The position numbers and the translations under genes are program-made. This document shows positions 10,110 to 20,418 of a stretch of DNA of 64,000 bases, in pieces; within the stretch, counting starts at the first letter, position 1; the number at the start of each line of letters is the position of its first letter. The notes below the pieces were generated by a model, which was given only the letters and a program-made list of their open reading frames with translations, did no database searches and had not been told where the DNA came from. Origin of the DNA: an uncultured cyanobacterium (GTDB lineage Bacteria > Cyanobacteriota > Cyanobacteriia > Thermostichales > Thermostichaceae); assembly GCA_937944885.1 (NCBI GenBank), contig CALFBB010000030.1, positions 2,077 through 66,076 of the forward strand, in the 5' to 3' direction.

Positions 10110-10367
10110 ATGCAGAATAGGCAAGACAGCAAAAGGGCCTCTCCCTCTGGGGTTTGGATTAATCTTGCCCTTAGTTTGAGCACTGCTCCGGTTTTGCTAG
10201 GTTTGGTTTTAGCAGATCAAGCCCGGACATGGCTGGGATCCCTTGCCTGGGAGGATCCGGGTTGGTGGTTGGGGGAAAAGCTGCCCAATTTAGACGGTGC
10301 TGCTCTGCAGCCGCAGTTGCACCCGGTGCAAGACAACGGCACTCCACCGAATCATCACAACCCTTAA
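10110..10367 (+). CDS. Small conserved cyanobacterial membrane-associated protein
   Basis: 85 aa; LSLSTAPVLLGL...G.KLP.L pattern recalled from a conserved cyanobacterial small protein. Confidence 0.55.
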   Translation: MQNRQDSKRASPSGVWINLALSLSTAPVLLGLVLADQARTWLGSLAWEDPGWWLGEKLPNLDGAALQPQLHPVQDNGTPPNHHNP

Positions 10368-10384
10368 CGTTCCGTATCAAATGC

Positions 10385-10402
10385 CTACGGCACGCTATGC
10401 AA
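10385..10402 (+). repeat. Short dispersed repeat, copy 2 (CTACGGCACGCTATGCAA)
   Basis: 17/18 identical to 9469-9486; 17 bp past the stop of 10110-10367. Confidence 0.6.
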
Positions 10403-10465
10403 CGGGCAAAGAAGCCTACGGGCAAAGAAGCCTAAAGTAGTCTCAGTAGCAGGAGGCCCTTTCCG

Positions 10466-11260
10466 TTGAGGAGTCAAGCCCCACCACAGCGAGATTTCAC
10501 CGCAACCCTGGCTGGGCTGTTGTTCTGGCTGAGTGCTTTTCTCTTTACAGCCGTCTTGAGTGCCTGTCTGGGTTATCTGTTTGGTCAACGCGCCCTGTCA
10601 GGGGTGTCTTCCCCTGTTGCCGGTTCTGGCAATGCCACTGCCCCTAACCAAGCTCGGGATCCCCGCCGGGTACCTCTGGTCAATGAGGCTCAGGTGATTG
10701 CTGAGGCCGAAGCCCGTCTGAAGCCTGCTCCTACCCCAACGCCCCTGGTTGCTGTCACCCCTCCCCCAACTCCTCCATCCACCCCTACTCCTACCTCCAC
10801 CCCTAGCCTTTCTCCGGAGCTGGCGGTGGCTCCTACTCCGCTACCCACACCGATTGCTACTACCCCAACGCCAACTCTAGCTCCAATCTCTACTCCGGTC
10901 GTGCCCACCCCTCCCCCAAAACAGACCATTGCTGCCAGCGGACAGGTGGCCATGCAGGTGCTCTCGGCCCGTCGGGAGGGAGGGCAGGTGGTTCTCAATG
11001 TAGCAATGCAAAACAACTCAGCCGAGACGGTGCGCTTTCTCTACAGCTTCATGAACATTACCGATGACCAGGGACGGGCCATCCATGCTCTCACTCAAGG
11101 TTTGCCTGGAGAACTTCCCCCCAACAGCCAGGTGTTTCAAGGAACCATTCGCATTCCCGCTTCCAGTTTGGCCGGATCCCGGTCGTTGTCGGTGAGCTTG
11201 GCGGATTACCCCAGTCGTCGGCACCGGTTGGGTGTGAGTGGGATCCCTGTTCCCCCATAG
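10466..11260 (+). CDS. Membrane-anchored protein with Pro/Thr linker and C-terminal Ig-like domain
   Basis: N-terminal TM helix, long PT repeats, C-terminal FLYSF...DDQGR...GLPGELP...F.GTI.IP motif conserved in cyanobacteria. Confidence 0.7.
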   Translation: MRSQAPPQRDFTATLAGLLFWLSAFLFTAVLSACLGYLFGQRALSGVSSPVAGSGNATAPNQARDPRRVPLVNEAQVIAEAEARLKPAPTPTPLVAVTPPPTPPSTPTPTSTPSLSPELAVAPTPLPTPIATTPTPTLAPISTPVVPTPPPKQTIAASGQVAMQVLSARREGGQVVLNVAMQNNSAETVRFLYSFMNITDDQGRAIHALTQGLPGELPPNSQVFQGTIRIPASSLAGSRSLSVSLADYPSRRHRLGVSGIPVPP

Positions 11261-11338
11261 TCTGAGCTCCTGCTCAAATGCCTCTGGCAGGCTACGCGAT
11301 CATGAGGTGAAAGATCATGTGAAAGATCATCAGGTGAA

Positions 11339-12643
11339 TCAGGTGAAAAAGGTGGTGCGTTGCCGGTGTATCGCCACCGATTCCACCAAACCAACGGCCA
11401 GAAAATTGGTGAGCAGAGCAGAACGACCATAGCTGAGAAAGGGTAGGGGCAAGCCGGTAATCGGGGCTAAGCCAATGGTCATGCCGATATTCACCACCGA
11501 CTGAAACAGGATCATCGCCAGCACCCCAACGGCAATTAGGGAACCAAAATTATCCCTGGCAGCCTGAGCAATTAGGATCAGGCGCACACAGAGGATCCAA
11601 ATCAGAATCAGCACTGTCAGGCTACCGAAGAAACCCATTTCTTCGCCGATGGCCGAGAAAATAAAATCGGTATGCTGTTCTGGGATAAAGTCCAACTGGG
11701 TTTGGGTGCCCTGTTGCCAGCCGCGTCCCCAAAGCCCACCTGCCCCGATGGCGATGCGCGACTGGATCAAGTGATAGCCAGAGCCCCAAGGCTCTTGGGC
11801 AGGATCGATGAAAATCTCCAATCGCCGCCGCTGATAGGGCTTGAGGAAGTGCCAAGCGACTTGCCCCAGCTGGCCAGAAAGCAGGTTCATCACCCCAAAC
11901 GTAAGGGCGCCGGTCCAGCGCCAGGGGAGCCGCCAAGCCGCCAGCCCTGCCATACCCAGGCACCAAATCAACCACACCCACAGCATCCAGCTCAACTCAG
12001 GACGGTTGTGCAGGCCGTAGAGAATGGCCCCTACCCCTGGTGACAGGAGCAAAAGGATCCAGCTGCCCTTGGCCCCAGCCCAGTAGAGCATGGTTAGTAA
12101 AATCACCACAAACACCAGCGCCGTACCCAGGTTGGGCTGCAGGAAAATCAGCAACCAAGGGGGAGTAATCACGGCAACGGCCACCCAAATCTGGCTGAAG
12201 TACTTAATCGGCCAGTGGTGCAAAAGGGCTGCCAAGGTGAGGATCACCCCTAGCTTGGCAAATTCTGAAGGTTGAATGTGGATCCCGGCAATGGAGATCC
12301 ACCGCTCGGCTCCTCCTCCGGCTGTGCCAAAAAACAGAACAGCCGTCAGTCCGGCCAACGTCAAGAAGTAGGTGAACCAATGCCAGCGCAAAAATCGCTC
12401 ATAGGGGATCCGCGCCAAGATCAAAAGGGGTACCAAGCCAATCCCGGCCATGATCAGCTGTTGGAGCCAGTAACTACTGATCAGCGGACGTTCCCGCACA
12501 GTACTGTGAATGGCTAAGATGCCGATGCCGGTTAAAGCCAGCACCGTCAGCAACAAAATGCCATCAAATTCTCGCCAGGCAGCAAAGACTTGCCAGAACT
12601 TTTTCCACTGCGATTGCGGGGAACGCGTCTGGGCCAGAGCCAT
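11339..12643 (-). CDS. rodA: Rod shape-determining protein RodA (SEDS)
   Basis: GAERWI, IQPSEFAKL, QPNLGTAL, GYHLIQSRIAIGAGG, FIPEQHTDFIFSAIGEE, TGLPLPFLSYG. Confidence 0.95.
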   Translation of the reverse strand: MALAQTRSPQSQWKKFWQVFAAWREFDGILLLTVLALTGIGILAIHSTVRERPLISSYWLQQLIMAGIGLVPLLILARIPYERFLRWHWFTYFLTLAGLTAVLFFGTAGGGAERWISIAGIHIQPSEFAKLGVILTLAALLHHWPIKYFSQIWVAVAVITPPWLLIFLQPNLGTALVFVVILLTMLYWAGAKGSWILLLLSPGVGAILYGLHNRPELSWMLWVWLIWCLGMAGLAAWRLPWRWTGALTFGVMNLLSGQLGQVAWHFLKPYQRRRLEIFIDPAQEPWGSGYHLIQSRIAIGAGGLWGRGWQQGTQTQLDFIPEQHTDFIFSAIGEEMGFFGSLTVLILIWILCVRLILIAQAARDNFGSLIAVGVLAMILFQSVVNIGMTIGLAPITGLPLPFLSYGRSALLTNFLAVGLVESVAIHRQRTTFFT

Positions 12644-12697
12644 AGGCGGTTACCGTTAGCTACGCCGACACCAGTCTAGATCCAACCGGGGCCGAAC

Positions 12698-15600
12698 CTA
12701 TTCCCAGTTTTGCAATTGTTCTAGCCAAGCGTTTAGCCAGGCACCCAGTTGTGCGCGTCGCTGTTCAAAATTGGCTGCCACCCCAATGAGAAGAAAACCC
12801 GAGAGAATACCCAGTCCCCAAAGGAGAAAGGAGTAGGAGGCCGCCAGTAGCCACCCCTGCCGCAATACCCCCAACCCAAAGCCCACGGTACCCACGAACA
12901 GATAGGCCCGCACTTGCAGAGCTAGGCCCAGCAGTCCTAAGGCCAAACCCAGGATCACCGGCCAGAATCCGGCCCAAAGTTGCCCCTGAGTTTCTAGCAA
13001 GGTAACCAAAACCAGCGCTCCAGAGGAAAAGGAGCGCAGCCAATGTCGCTTTTGACGAGCAGAAGACTTCTGCAGCCCCGGATCCACCTGGGCTACGTAC
13101 AACAGGGATCCCAGCAGGGGTAGAGCGGAGAGGCTGAGGGAAGACCACTCCTGTTGCCAGATGTAATCCAAGAGGATCCAGTTGCTCAGGAACAGGCTGA
13201 CATAGCCCAAGCGCACTTGGGAGCGCCGAATGGATAAGAAAGCATAGTAGGCTGCCCCCAGAAGTAGGTTGCTGCTGGTGGTCTGGGTGGCGGTGACAAG
13301 CAAAATCCCCATCGGTAAGACCAAAGCCGTATTTTGCCAGGGATCCGGCCACCACCCCCAACGTTGCCAGGGCAAGAAGGAGTACACCAACCCTAACCCG
13401 CAGGCCAGGGATCCCCCCCATACCCACAGATCCACCTGCGGTAGCCACAGCTGCACAGCCACAGCCAGGATCCCGGCTCCTTGGCAAGCGCTCAGGTAAC
13501 ACCAGAGGACCTGGGCCGGATGTGCTCCAGAAGAGGCATTGTCTATCGGCGGGGGAGAAGGTTCTGATTCTGAGGAGAGGCTGGGTTTTCTCCCTTGCCA
13601 AGCGGCATAGGCTGCCAAGCCGGCTCCCGTGAGCAGCCAGAGGTTTTTCCCCGCTCCACTGAGCTCCCCTAGAGCCGGCACGAGCATCAAACTGGCCAGA
13701 CTCCAGTTGCCGGCAGCGATCCGAGCCAGCCAAGCAGCTTCCAGCCGCAGCAAATCCACCACCCACAGAGGGCAAAGCCGGTAGACCAAGGCCAAGCTCA
13801 ACCCTACCAGGCCGCCCAGCACCAGTCCATCCCCAAAGGCTCCCCCGTGGCTGAGGAAATCAATCCAGCCTTCATAGGCAGCAAGAGAAATGCCCGAAGC
13901 GCCCAAAAGCCCCTCCCAATTGACCAAAGGGAGTTCTTGCAACAGTGGGATCCTCTCCCGCCGCCCCAAGCCCAACAACACAATGGAGAGGCCCAAGCTG
14001 CCCACGCTTGCGAATTCACCCCCTTGGGCATGGGATCCCAGCCAGCCCAAGCCGGCATAGATCAAAGGCCCGCTCCACAAACTGCTGAGCTGCCCTCGTC
14101 CCCCGTCTGGGGATTCCCTCCTGCTCACACGACCGGCAAAGAGGATCTGCTCTGGCCCAATCCAGAAGAGGATCCCTAAGCCCAAGTTGACCGCTGCCAA
14201 AACCGGTAAGATGGACAAGGGCTCCGACCCGCTCACGCCAATGGATCCCTGCCGCAGCCCCAGGACGGTACTGACCAACAGCAGTTCCAAGGCCCAGCCC
14301 ATCCCGTACAGCAGCAGATCCACCCTCGCTATAGCGGAGGGGGAGTTTGTAAAGGACTCTGTCCTGCTCACGCGAGCGGTTTCGGATTCCTCTGCCGTCG
14401 ACCCAAGGATCCCGGCCTGGGTAACCTCCAGCCCCAGGTGCACCCCAAAAGCCAACAGGAGCAGAAGGAGAGCCAAAGACAGACTTGCTGCAAAGTGCGC
14501 CGCACCGCTGAGGTCAGCGCCAAAGCTGCTATCCTCCCTCCCAAAGCCCAAGGCACCGGCCAGCTCATTGAACAGGAGGCCACTGCTCCAGAGCAAAAGC
14601 CATCCGCCTAAAACGCCGCTCCAGCCATCCAAGGCAGTTTGGTACACCCCCTGCAAACGAGCCGCCAGTTGCTTGACCGGGTAGCGGCAGAGGCTCAGCC
14701 CCAACACCAGAGCTGCCCAGGAGCTCCCCCACTCCACTCCGGTGGGTTGAAAGGTCTGCTCCACTGCCGCCAGGGCAAATCCCAGACCCAAGGCTACCGT
14801 CAGCAACCCGTAGGCTAAACAAGGCCTTAGCCACACTTGAGTGGCCATCAGCAGGGTCCCCAGACCCAACCCCAAAAGCCGGCCCCCAGACGTCTCAAAA
14901 GTGAGCAGCTGAGCCAGCAGAATCGAAACAATCGCCAGAGATTCAAGGGAGTCTCTGCAGGGGATCCCCTCTCGCCAAGATCGAGCCTGTTGAGGCAGGG
15001 ATCCCTCCGGGCCAGGGGCTGTTTCCGCTTCTGGGATCCGGAGTGCCGGGGGCATGAATGCTAAAGGTGGTAAAGCCAGCACCTCTGCCCCTGTGAGCAC
15101 CAGCGGCACCAGTAGCCACAGCCAAGCCAGAACATCCCCTTTATCCTCAGGTACGGTCGGCAGGAAAGGGAAGCGTTGCCCCAAAAAGGTGCCATAGCTT
15201 AGCAAAGCCAGCACCAAGCCAAGGCCATCAGCACTTTGCTGCCACACCCCTAGGCTCTCCTCTGCAGATGTAAACCGCCGGCGGTGCAGCACCACCCGGC
15301 CTACCCATTCCAGCAGCGCCAAAAGCAGCAGCATCACACCCCAACCAGAGGCAGGCAAATCCGGCAACAGCCAGCGGAGGCCGGCCAAAAGGGCTGCTAC
15401 CCCGTAAGCATGGGTTAAAACTACCCAAAAAGGGCGGTGGGCAAGGGAGAGCTCTCGGTTCTCTACAGCTTCTTCATCACCGGTAACCCTTCTCAAACGG
15501 GATTGATACCACCACCACCCGGCCAGGGTGCCGGTACCCAGAAAGAGGTGCCCAAAACGAGTTGCCCCATTGGCAAGGCTGAGCAAGAGCAGGGATCCCC

Positions 15601-17422
15601 CTAGCCCCAGGACCAACCTCTCGGTGGGCTGCACCAGGTGATTCCATCCACAGGGGTCAGATCCTCCTCCTGGGCTGGTCTGGGAAGGTTCTCTTCTTTG
15701 CCAACGGGCTGCCCAGCTCAGCCACAGCACCCCATAGGGCAAGAGGACAATCCCCAACAGGCTTCCGGGCCAGCCAAACTCCCTCTGGAGCACTTGCAAA
15801 AGGGTCTGCCGCCACCCCCAAGGCACCACCTGCCACAGGGCCCAAGTGGTTTCCAAACCCACCCCAAACAGTAGCGCCAGATCCAGGACCTGCCTGCCTT
15901 GGCTCAATCGCCTCCAAAAGATGTGTATCCCCAGCAGGCTAATAGCCAATAGCTGCCAACCCACCCAAGGGTGAGTCCCTTTCACCTGATTCAACCCGCT
16001 AGAGACCCCCGCCAGCGCCAAGAGCCACCCCAACCCCAACAGCACCCATCCGGCCCACTGCCACCCCTGAGCAACCCAAAGGGGCAGGGATCCCATCTCG
16101 CTCGATTCTGGGGATTGCAGACCTTCAGCCTCAGATGACAGTGCAGGAGTAAATCTCATCCCGCAAGAGGACTCCGGAGCTGACTCTGGACTTGTCTGTG
16201 GGATCCCCGGCACTTCAAAGAACGTTTCTTCTACAAAGAACGTTTCCACTAGCCAACCCAGCAGAGCCACCGCCAACCCCAACTGCCATAGCTGCACCTG
16301 CCCCGTCAGCAGCCCCCGCAACACCAGCAGGGAGCCAGCAGCGCCCAACAGCCATAATTTCGATCCTCGTAAGGCCGGTAACCTGCGACTCCAGGTGTAG
16401 GCCACCGTGCTCGCAATACCCACGTAAGTAATCCCGAGGGGCCCTAACCCCCACAACGTCTGTAAACCGGCCAGGGCCAAGAAATTCACCAAGGTGGCGT
16501 AAAAGGCATAACCCACCCCCGCAGACCGCACCCGCCCCCAGGCCACCAACGGGATCCCCAAGAGCAACCCCAGCGCCACCCCGCGCATTCCCCAAGGAAT
16601 CCTGAGGCTATCCAGCGCCCAAACATTCACCGGTAATAGCAGCAGGGCAAGGGTTTCCAGGGCTTGACCGGTTAGGCGTAGTCCCTCCTGCCGATAGGCC
16701 CACCAAGCCCCTGCAGCAAAAGCAGCCGTATAGGTCAGCAGCACCCCGTACTGAGCCAGGGGAGAAAAGTGCTGCCACTGACCACCTGCCAATACCCCCG
16801 AAGACACCACCACCAAAAACAGCCCCAAGACCAACAGCCAGCGCACACTCAACTCCGCCAGCAGGTTTTGCAACAGCCGGCTCGCCCAAGAAGGCTGGGA
16901 TGACACGACAGGAACAGGAGTACTGGCCAAGGGTTCGCTCTGGATCCCCGCTGCAGGTTCTGCCGGGGAAGGTTGAGGAGCAGATCCCAGTAGGGCTGCA
17001 TTCTTTTCCCGCACCATGCCCGGGATCAACAGCAAGTCAATCAACTGGCCAACGCCCAATAGACCCAGAGTCAACAGCCAAAGCAGCCCAGTTCGCCAGC
17101 GCCCCAGGTAAAAGCGGTGTGCACCACAAAAGCCAAACAGGGCCAAACCCCACAGCAGGTAGGCAGAGCCAATTCTCACCGGTAGCGTTGGCGCTCTTCG
17201 GACCGAGTCCTCTGCAGGGATCCCCCCCTTGGCTGGTGCTTGCCCATCCTTTTCCTCCTCCAAATGCAGTTGATATACCCTGACAAGAGAGCGGAATTGT
17301 TCCGGCGTGAGCAAGCCCAGATCCAGCCAGGCCCGTAAACCCTGGAGAACCTTCTGCCGGGATCCAGAAATGGTCAAGTTAAACAGATAGGACTGCGAGT
17401 CTTCGACAGGTGGCTCTCCCAT
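12698..17422 (-). CDS. Very large polytopic membrane protein (DUF2157-like) with an N-proximal TM2 domain
   Basis: ~1575 aa, dozens of hydrophobic segments; LLAELSVRWLLVLGLFLVVVSSGVLA motif; TM2 motif GAHRFYLGRWRTGLLWLLTLGLLGVGQLIDL. ATG at 17422 preferred. Confidence 0.8.
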   Translation of the reverse strand: MGEPPVEDSQSYLFNLTISGSRQKVLQGLRAWLDLGLLTPEQFRSLVRVYQLHLEEEKDGQAPAKGGIPAEDSVRRAPTLPVRIGSAYLLWGLALFGFCGAHRFYLGRWRTGLLWLLTLGLLGVGQLIDLLLIPGMVREKNAALLGSAPQPSPAEPAAGIQSEPLASTPVPVVSSQPSWASRLLQNLLAELSVRWLLVLGLFLVVVSSGVLAGGQWQHFSPLAQYGVLLTYTAAFAAGAWWAYRQEGLRLTGQALETLALLLLPVNVWALDSLRIPWGMRGVALGLLLGIPLVAWGRVRSAGVGYAFYATLVNFLALAGLQTLWGLGPLGITYVGIASTVAYTWSRRLPALRGSKLWLLGAAGSLLVLRGLLTGQVQLWQLGLAVALLGWLVETFFVEETFFEVPGIPQTSPESAPESSCGMRFTPALSSEAEGLQSPESSEMGSLPLWVAQGWQWAGWVLLGLGWLLALAGVSSGLNQVKGTHPWVGWQLLAISLLGIHIFWRRLSQGRQVLDLALLFGVGLETTWALWQVVPWGWRQTLLQVLQREFGWPGSLLGIVLLPYGVLWLSWAARWQRREPSQTSPGGGSDPCGWNHLVQPTERLVLGLGGSLLLLSLANGATRFGHLFLGTGTLAGWWWYQSRLRRVTGDEEAVENRELSLAHRPFWVVLTHAYGVAALLAGLRWLLPDLPASGWGVMLLLLALLEWVGRVVLHRRRFTSAEESLGVWQQSADGLGLVLALLSYGTFLGQRFPFLPTVPEDKGDVLAWLWLLVPLVLTGAEVLALPPLAFMPPALRIPEAETAPGPEGSLPQQARSWREGIPCRDSLESLAIVSILLAQLLTFETSGGRLLGLGLGTLLMATQVWLRPCLAYGLLTVALGLGFALAAVEQTFQPTGVEWGSSWAALVLGLSLCRYPVKQLAARLQGVYQTALDGWSGVLGGWLLLWSSGLLFNELAGALGFGREDSSFGADLSGAAHFAASLSLALLLLLLAFGVHLGLEVTQAGILGSTAEESETARVSRTESFTNSPSAIARVDLLLYGMGWALELLLVSTVLGLRQGSIGVSGSEPLSILPVLAAVNLGLGILFWIGPEQILFAGRVSRRESPDGGRGQLSSLWSGPLIYAGLGWLGSHAQGGEFASVGSLGLSIVLLGLGRRERIPLLQELPLVNWEGLLGASGISLAAYEGWIDFLSHGGAFGDGLVLGGLVGLSLALVYRLCPLWVVDLLRLEAAWLARIAAGNWSLASLMLVPALGELSGAGKNLWLLTGAGLAAYAAWQGRKPSLSSESEPSPPPIDNASSGAHPAQVLWCYLSACQGAGILAVAVQLWLPQVDLWVWGGSLACGLGLVYSFLPWQRWGWWPDPWQNTALVLPMGILLVTATQTTSSNLLLGAAYYAFLSIRRSQVRLGYVSLFLSNWILLDYIWQQEWSSLSLSALPLLGSLLYVAQVDPGLQKSSARQKRHWLRSFSSGALVLVTLLETQGQLWAGFWPVILGLALGLLGLALQVRAYLFVGTVGFGLGVLRQGWLLAASYSFLLWGLGILSGFLLIGVAANFEQRRAQLGAWLNAWLEQLQNWE

Positions 17423-17543
17423 GCCTAAACTCCTTGAGCAAGCCAGAAGGACTGGGGCCACCGCTACTCTAAGCCAGATGAACGGGCAAAAAAAGCTTTC
17501 TCCTGGGTTTTGTTGTCCACTGCCCAGGGCAGACTACGGGAAC

Positions 17544-19052
17544 TCAAGGGATGGAGTAGGGATCCCTCTCCTGCAACTTACCCCCGATCATCTGTCCCAA
17601 CCGTGCCAGGGTAAGCTCAGCTACGGGGATAGGTCGTGACACCTGCCCACCACTGAACACCAGGAGGCGGTCGCTGTAGTGCATTAGCTCCTCTAGATCT
17701 GCCGAGGTAAAGATAATGCTTGTGCCGGCTTGGGTACGTTGCAACAGTTGCCCCCAAACCCATAGGGATGACTCAATATCCAACCCTCGCGTTGGGTGCT
17801 CCATCAGCAACAGCGTCAGGGGACTAGGCAGAAGAGCCAACTGACTACGTTGCTGGTTCCCCCCCGAAAGTTGCTCCACCCGGCTGTAGGGGTGCCCACG
17901 GATGGTGAACTGCTCAATAGCCGCCTGGGTTTGTTGATGGGCTAGGGCCCAGTCGACCCAGAAATCCTGTTGTCGCAGGGCAAAATGCTCCAGCAAAGTG
18001 AACCCCGGAATCAGCCCTTCTCGCAGTCGATCCGCCGGAGAAAAGCCCACCCCCTGCCGCAAATACTCAGCGTAAGGCCGTCCGGTCATTTCCTGTCCTC
18101 GCAGCAGGATTTGCCCCTGTAGGGGAGGCAACAGCCCTGCACAGGCAAGCAACAATTGCCGTTGACCACTCCCTTCTAGCCCTGCTAAGCCGAGCACCTC
18201 CCCTGCTTTCACCGCCAGATCCGGTACAGCCAGAGTGGAATGCCTCTGGGAGAGCAGCAGCGAACGCAACACCAAAAGAGGCGGGTCTGGGGTTACTGCC
18301 GGTGGGTGCAGCCGCTCCGGGATCAGCAGCTCCCGCCCAAACATCCAGTCGATCAGCTGTCGCTCCAGCACCTCAGGGATCTCTCTGTTCATCCTGTTCA
18401 TGGGTAAAGTCCCCACCACCTCTCCCTGCCGCATTACCGTTACCCAATCGCAGAGGCGCTCCACATCCTCCAACTTATGGGAGACAAAAATAACCGATTT
18501 CTGCTGCTCCGCCAGCCGTCGCAAAGCAGCAAACAACAGATCCTTTTGGGAGGCAGAAATACCTGTCGTAGGCTCATCCAAAATCAAGGTGCTGATGCCC
18601 AGCGAGAGCAGCCGTAGGATTTCCAGTTGTTGCCGCTCCCCTACCGTCAGTTCGCCGGTGACCGCTTCCGGATCAAGGTGAAAGCCAAATTCTTCAGACA
18701 ACTGCTCCAATTGCTGCCGGCTTTCTCTGCGTGTCGAACCCAAGCGTTGTCCGGCGATAAAGTTTTCCAGCACCGTCAGAGAGGGGAAATCCAGAGGATC
18801 CTGGTGCAACATGCCAATCCCCAGGCGAATGGCAGCAGCAGGGCTGTTGATCCGGACCGGCTGGCCCTGGATACGAATTTCCCCCCGATCACAGCGCAAG
18901 AAGCCACTCAGGATCTTGACGAGAGTACTTTTGCCTGCCCCATTTTCCCCCAGTAGGCCGTGAATGGTGCCCGCCTCCACCCGCAAAGACACATCCCGGT
19001 TGGCCTGGATCGCTCCGAAGCATTTGTGGATGTTCAGCAGTTCAATCTTCAT
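17544..19052 (-). CDS. Sugar/nucleoside ABC transporter ATP-binding protein (two NBDs, CUT2 type)
   Basis: GENGAGKST, ERQQLEILR, LILDEPT, SHKL, second domain LSGGNQQ. Confidence 0.92.
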   Translation of the reverse strand: MKIELLNIHKCFGAIQANRDVSLRVEAGTIHGLLGENGAGKSTLVKILSGFLRCDRGEIRIQGQPVRINSPAAAIRLGIGMLHQDPLDFPSLTVLENFIAGQRLGSTRRESRQQLEQLSEEFGFHLDPEAVTGELTVGERQQLEILRLLSLGISTLILDEPTTGISASQKDLLFAALRRLAEQQKSVIFVSHKLEDVERLCDWVTVMRQGEVVGTLPMNRMNREIPEVLERQLIDWMFGRELLIPERLHPPAVTPDPPLLVLRSLLLSQRHSTLAVPDLAVKAGEVLGLAGLEGSGQRQLLLACAGLLPPLQGQILLRGQEMTGRPYAEYLRQGVGFSPADRLREGLIPGFTLLEHFALRQQDFWVDWALAHQQTQAAIEQFTIRGHPYSRVEQLSGGNQQRSQLALLPSPLTLLLMEHPTRGLDIESSLWVWGQLLQRTQAGTSIIFTSADLEELMHYSDRLLVFSGGQVSRPIPVAELTLARLGQMIGGKLQERDPYSIP

Positions 19053-19189
19053 GGTGCCTATGCTAAAGTGCCCTCTCCCAGAAGAAAAGTCAGGTCAATC
19101 GGAGAGGGGGGAGAGCAATCCATCGTTTGGAGTAGTGGGGGAATAGGCAAGGCTTGGGCTATGCTTTGAGTATTCACTGGCAACGCAGC

Positions 19190-20413
19190 ATGGACAACAT
19201 CCCGGCTAAACCTGAAGGGGATCCCCAAGAAGCCCCTGAGTTAATTATTCGCCCTGCCCAACTGGGGGATCTAGAGGCGGTAGAGGAAATTTTTGCCGAA
19301 GCCTTTGATGAAGAGTACGGCAGCCGCTCGGTGGATATCCGCCGCCAGGTGCGTCGCTTGCGCCAGTGGTATGGGCCACTGAAAACCCTCAGCCTGTTTC
19401 CCAATCGGTTTCAGCATATGTTTACGGTGCATGTGGCGGAGCTGGAGGGGAAAATTCAGGGGGTTATTCAGGTTTCTCCGTTTAATCATTCCCGCAGCAC
19501 CTGGCGGGTGGATCACATTGCGGTGGCCCGCTCGGCTCAACGACAAGGGGTGGGATCCCGGCTGCTTAAGCACTGCCTGGAACACTTCCGTGAGGCTCGC
19601 ACCTGGATCCTGGAGGTAAACATCCACAACGAAGCGGCAATGGCCCTGTATCGCCGTAACGGCTTTCAGCCTCTGGCCCAAATCACCTACTGGTCAATCC
19701 CTGTGGAGATTCTTGCTGCCCTCAGTCAGCATGAGCCCAAGCTGCCCAACTTGGTGCCGGTCACCAATCGGGATGCTTACGCCATTTATCAGCTGGACAC
19801 CGGCTCTATGCCCGCTAACGTACGACAGGTGTATGACCGGGAGGTGAGCGACTTTCGCACCAGCCCTCTGGATTGGGCTTTGGAGCGGGTCAAACTCTCC
19901 ATCAGCCATACGGAACGGGTGGAAGCCTGTGTTTACGAGCCGGAGCGCAAAACCGCTATTGGCTACTTCAATCTAAAGCTGGATTGCACCGGGCAGCAAC
20001 CCCACGTGGCCAAGCTCACGGTTCACCCCGCCTACACCTGGCTTTACCCGGAGTTAATGGCCAAAATGGCCCAGCTAGTTCAAGCGTATCCACCCCAATC
20101 TCTGGCTTTGGCCTCCACCGATTATCAGCCGGAGCGGGAGGAGTTTTTGCTCAAGCTCGGGGCTCAGGATGTAGAGCGGACACTGCTCATGTCCCGTTCG
20201 GTGTGGCACAAAATCCGTGAGAGCCGCTTCAGTTGGGATAATGTCTATATCAACGCCATGCTGCGCAGCTTACAGATGAAGCAACCGGTGCCAGAACGGT
20301 TTGAGGCACCTCAGAAAGGCTGGCTAGAGCACTATTTCCACTCCCTTCAGCAGCCAGAGTCGGATCCCCACTCTTCTGAGTCTCCCCCCTCTTCTGGTCA
20401 AAACCCCGGTTAG
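19190..20413 (+). CDS. GNAT family N-acetyltransferase (N-terminal GNAT domain plus second domain)
   Basis: HIAVARSAQRQGVGSRLL acetyl-CoA motif, LEVNIHNEAAMALYRRNGF. Confidence 0.88.
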   Translation: MDNIPAKPEGDPQEAPELIIRPAQLGDLEAVEEIFAEAFDEEYGSRSVDIRRQVRRLRQWYGPLKTLSLFPNRFQHMFTVHVAELEGKIQGVIQVSPFNHSRSTWRVDHIAVARSAQRQGVGSRLLKHCLEHFREARTWILEVNIHNEAAMALYRRNGFQPLAQITYWSIPVEILAALSQHEPKLPNLVPVTNRDAYAIYQLDTGSMPANVRQVYDREVSDFRTSPLDWALERVKLSISHTERVEACVYEPERKTAIGYFNLKLDCTGQQPHVAKLTVHPAYTWLYPELMAKMAQLVQAYPPQSLALASTDYQPEREEFLLKLGAQDVERTLLMSRSVWHKIRESRFSWDNVYINAMLRSLQMKQPVPERFEAPQKGWLEHYFHSLQQPESDPHSSESPPSSGQNPG

Positions 20414-20418
20414 CCCCT

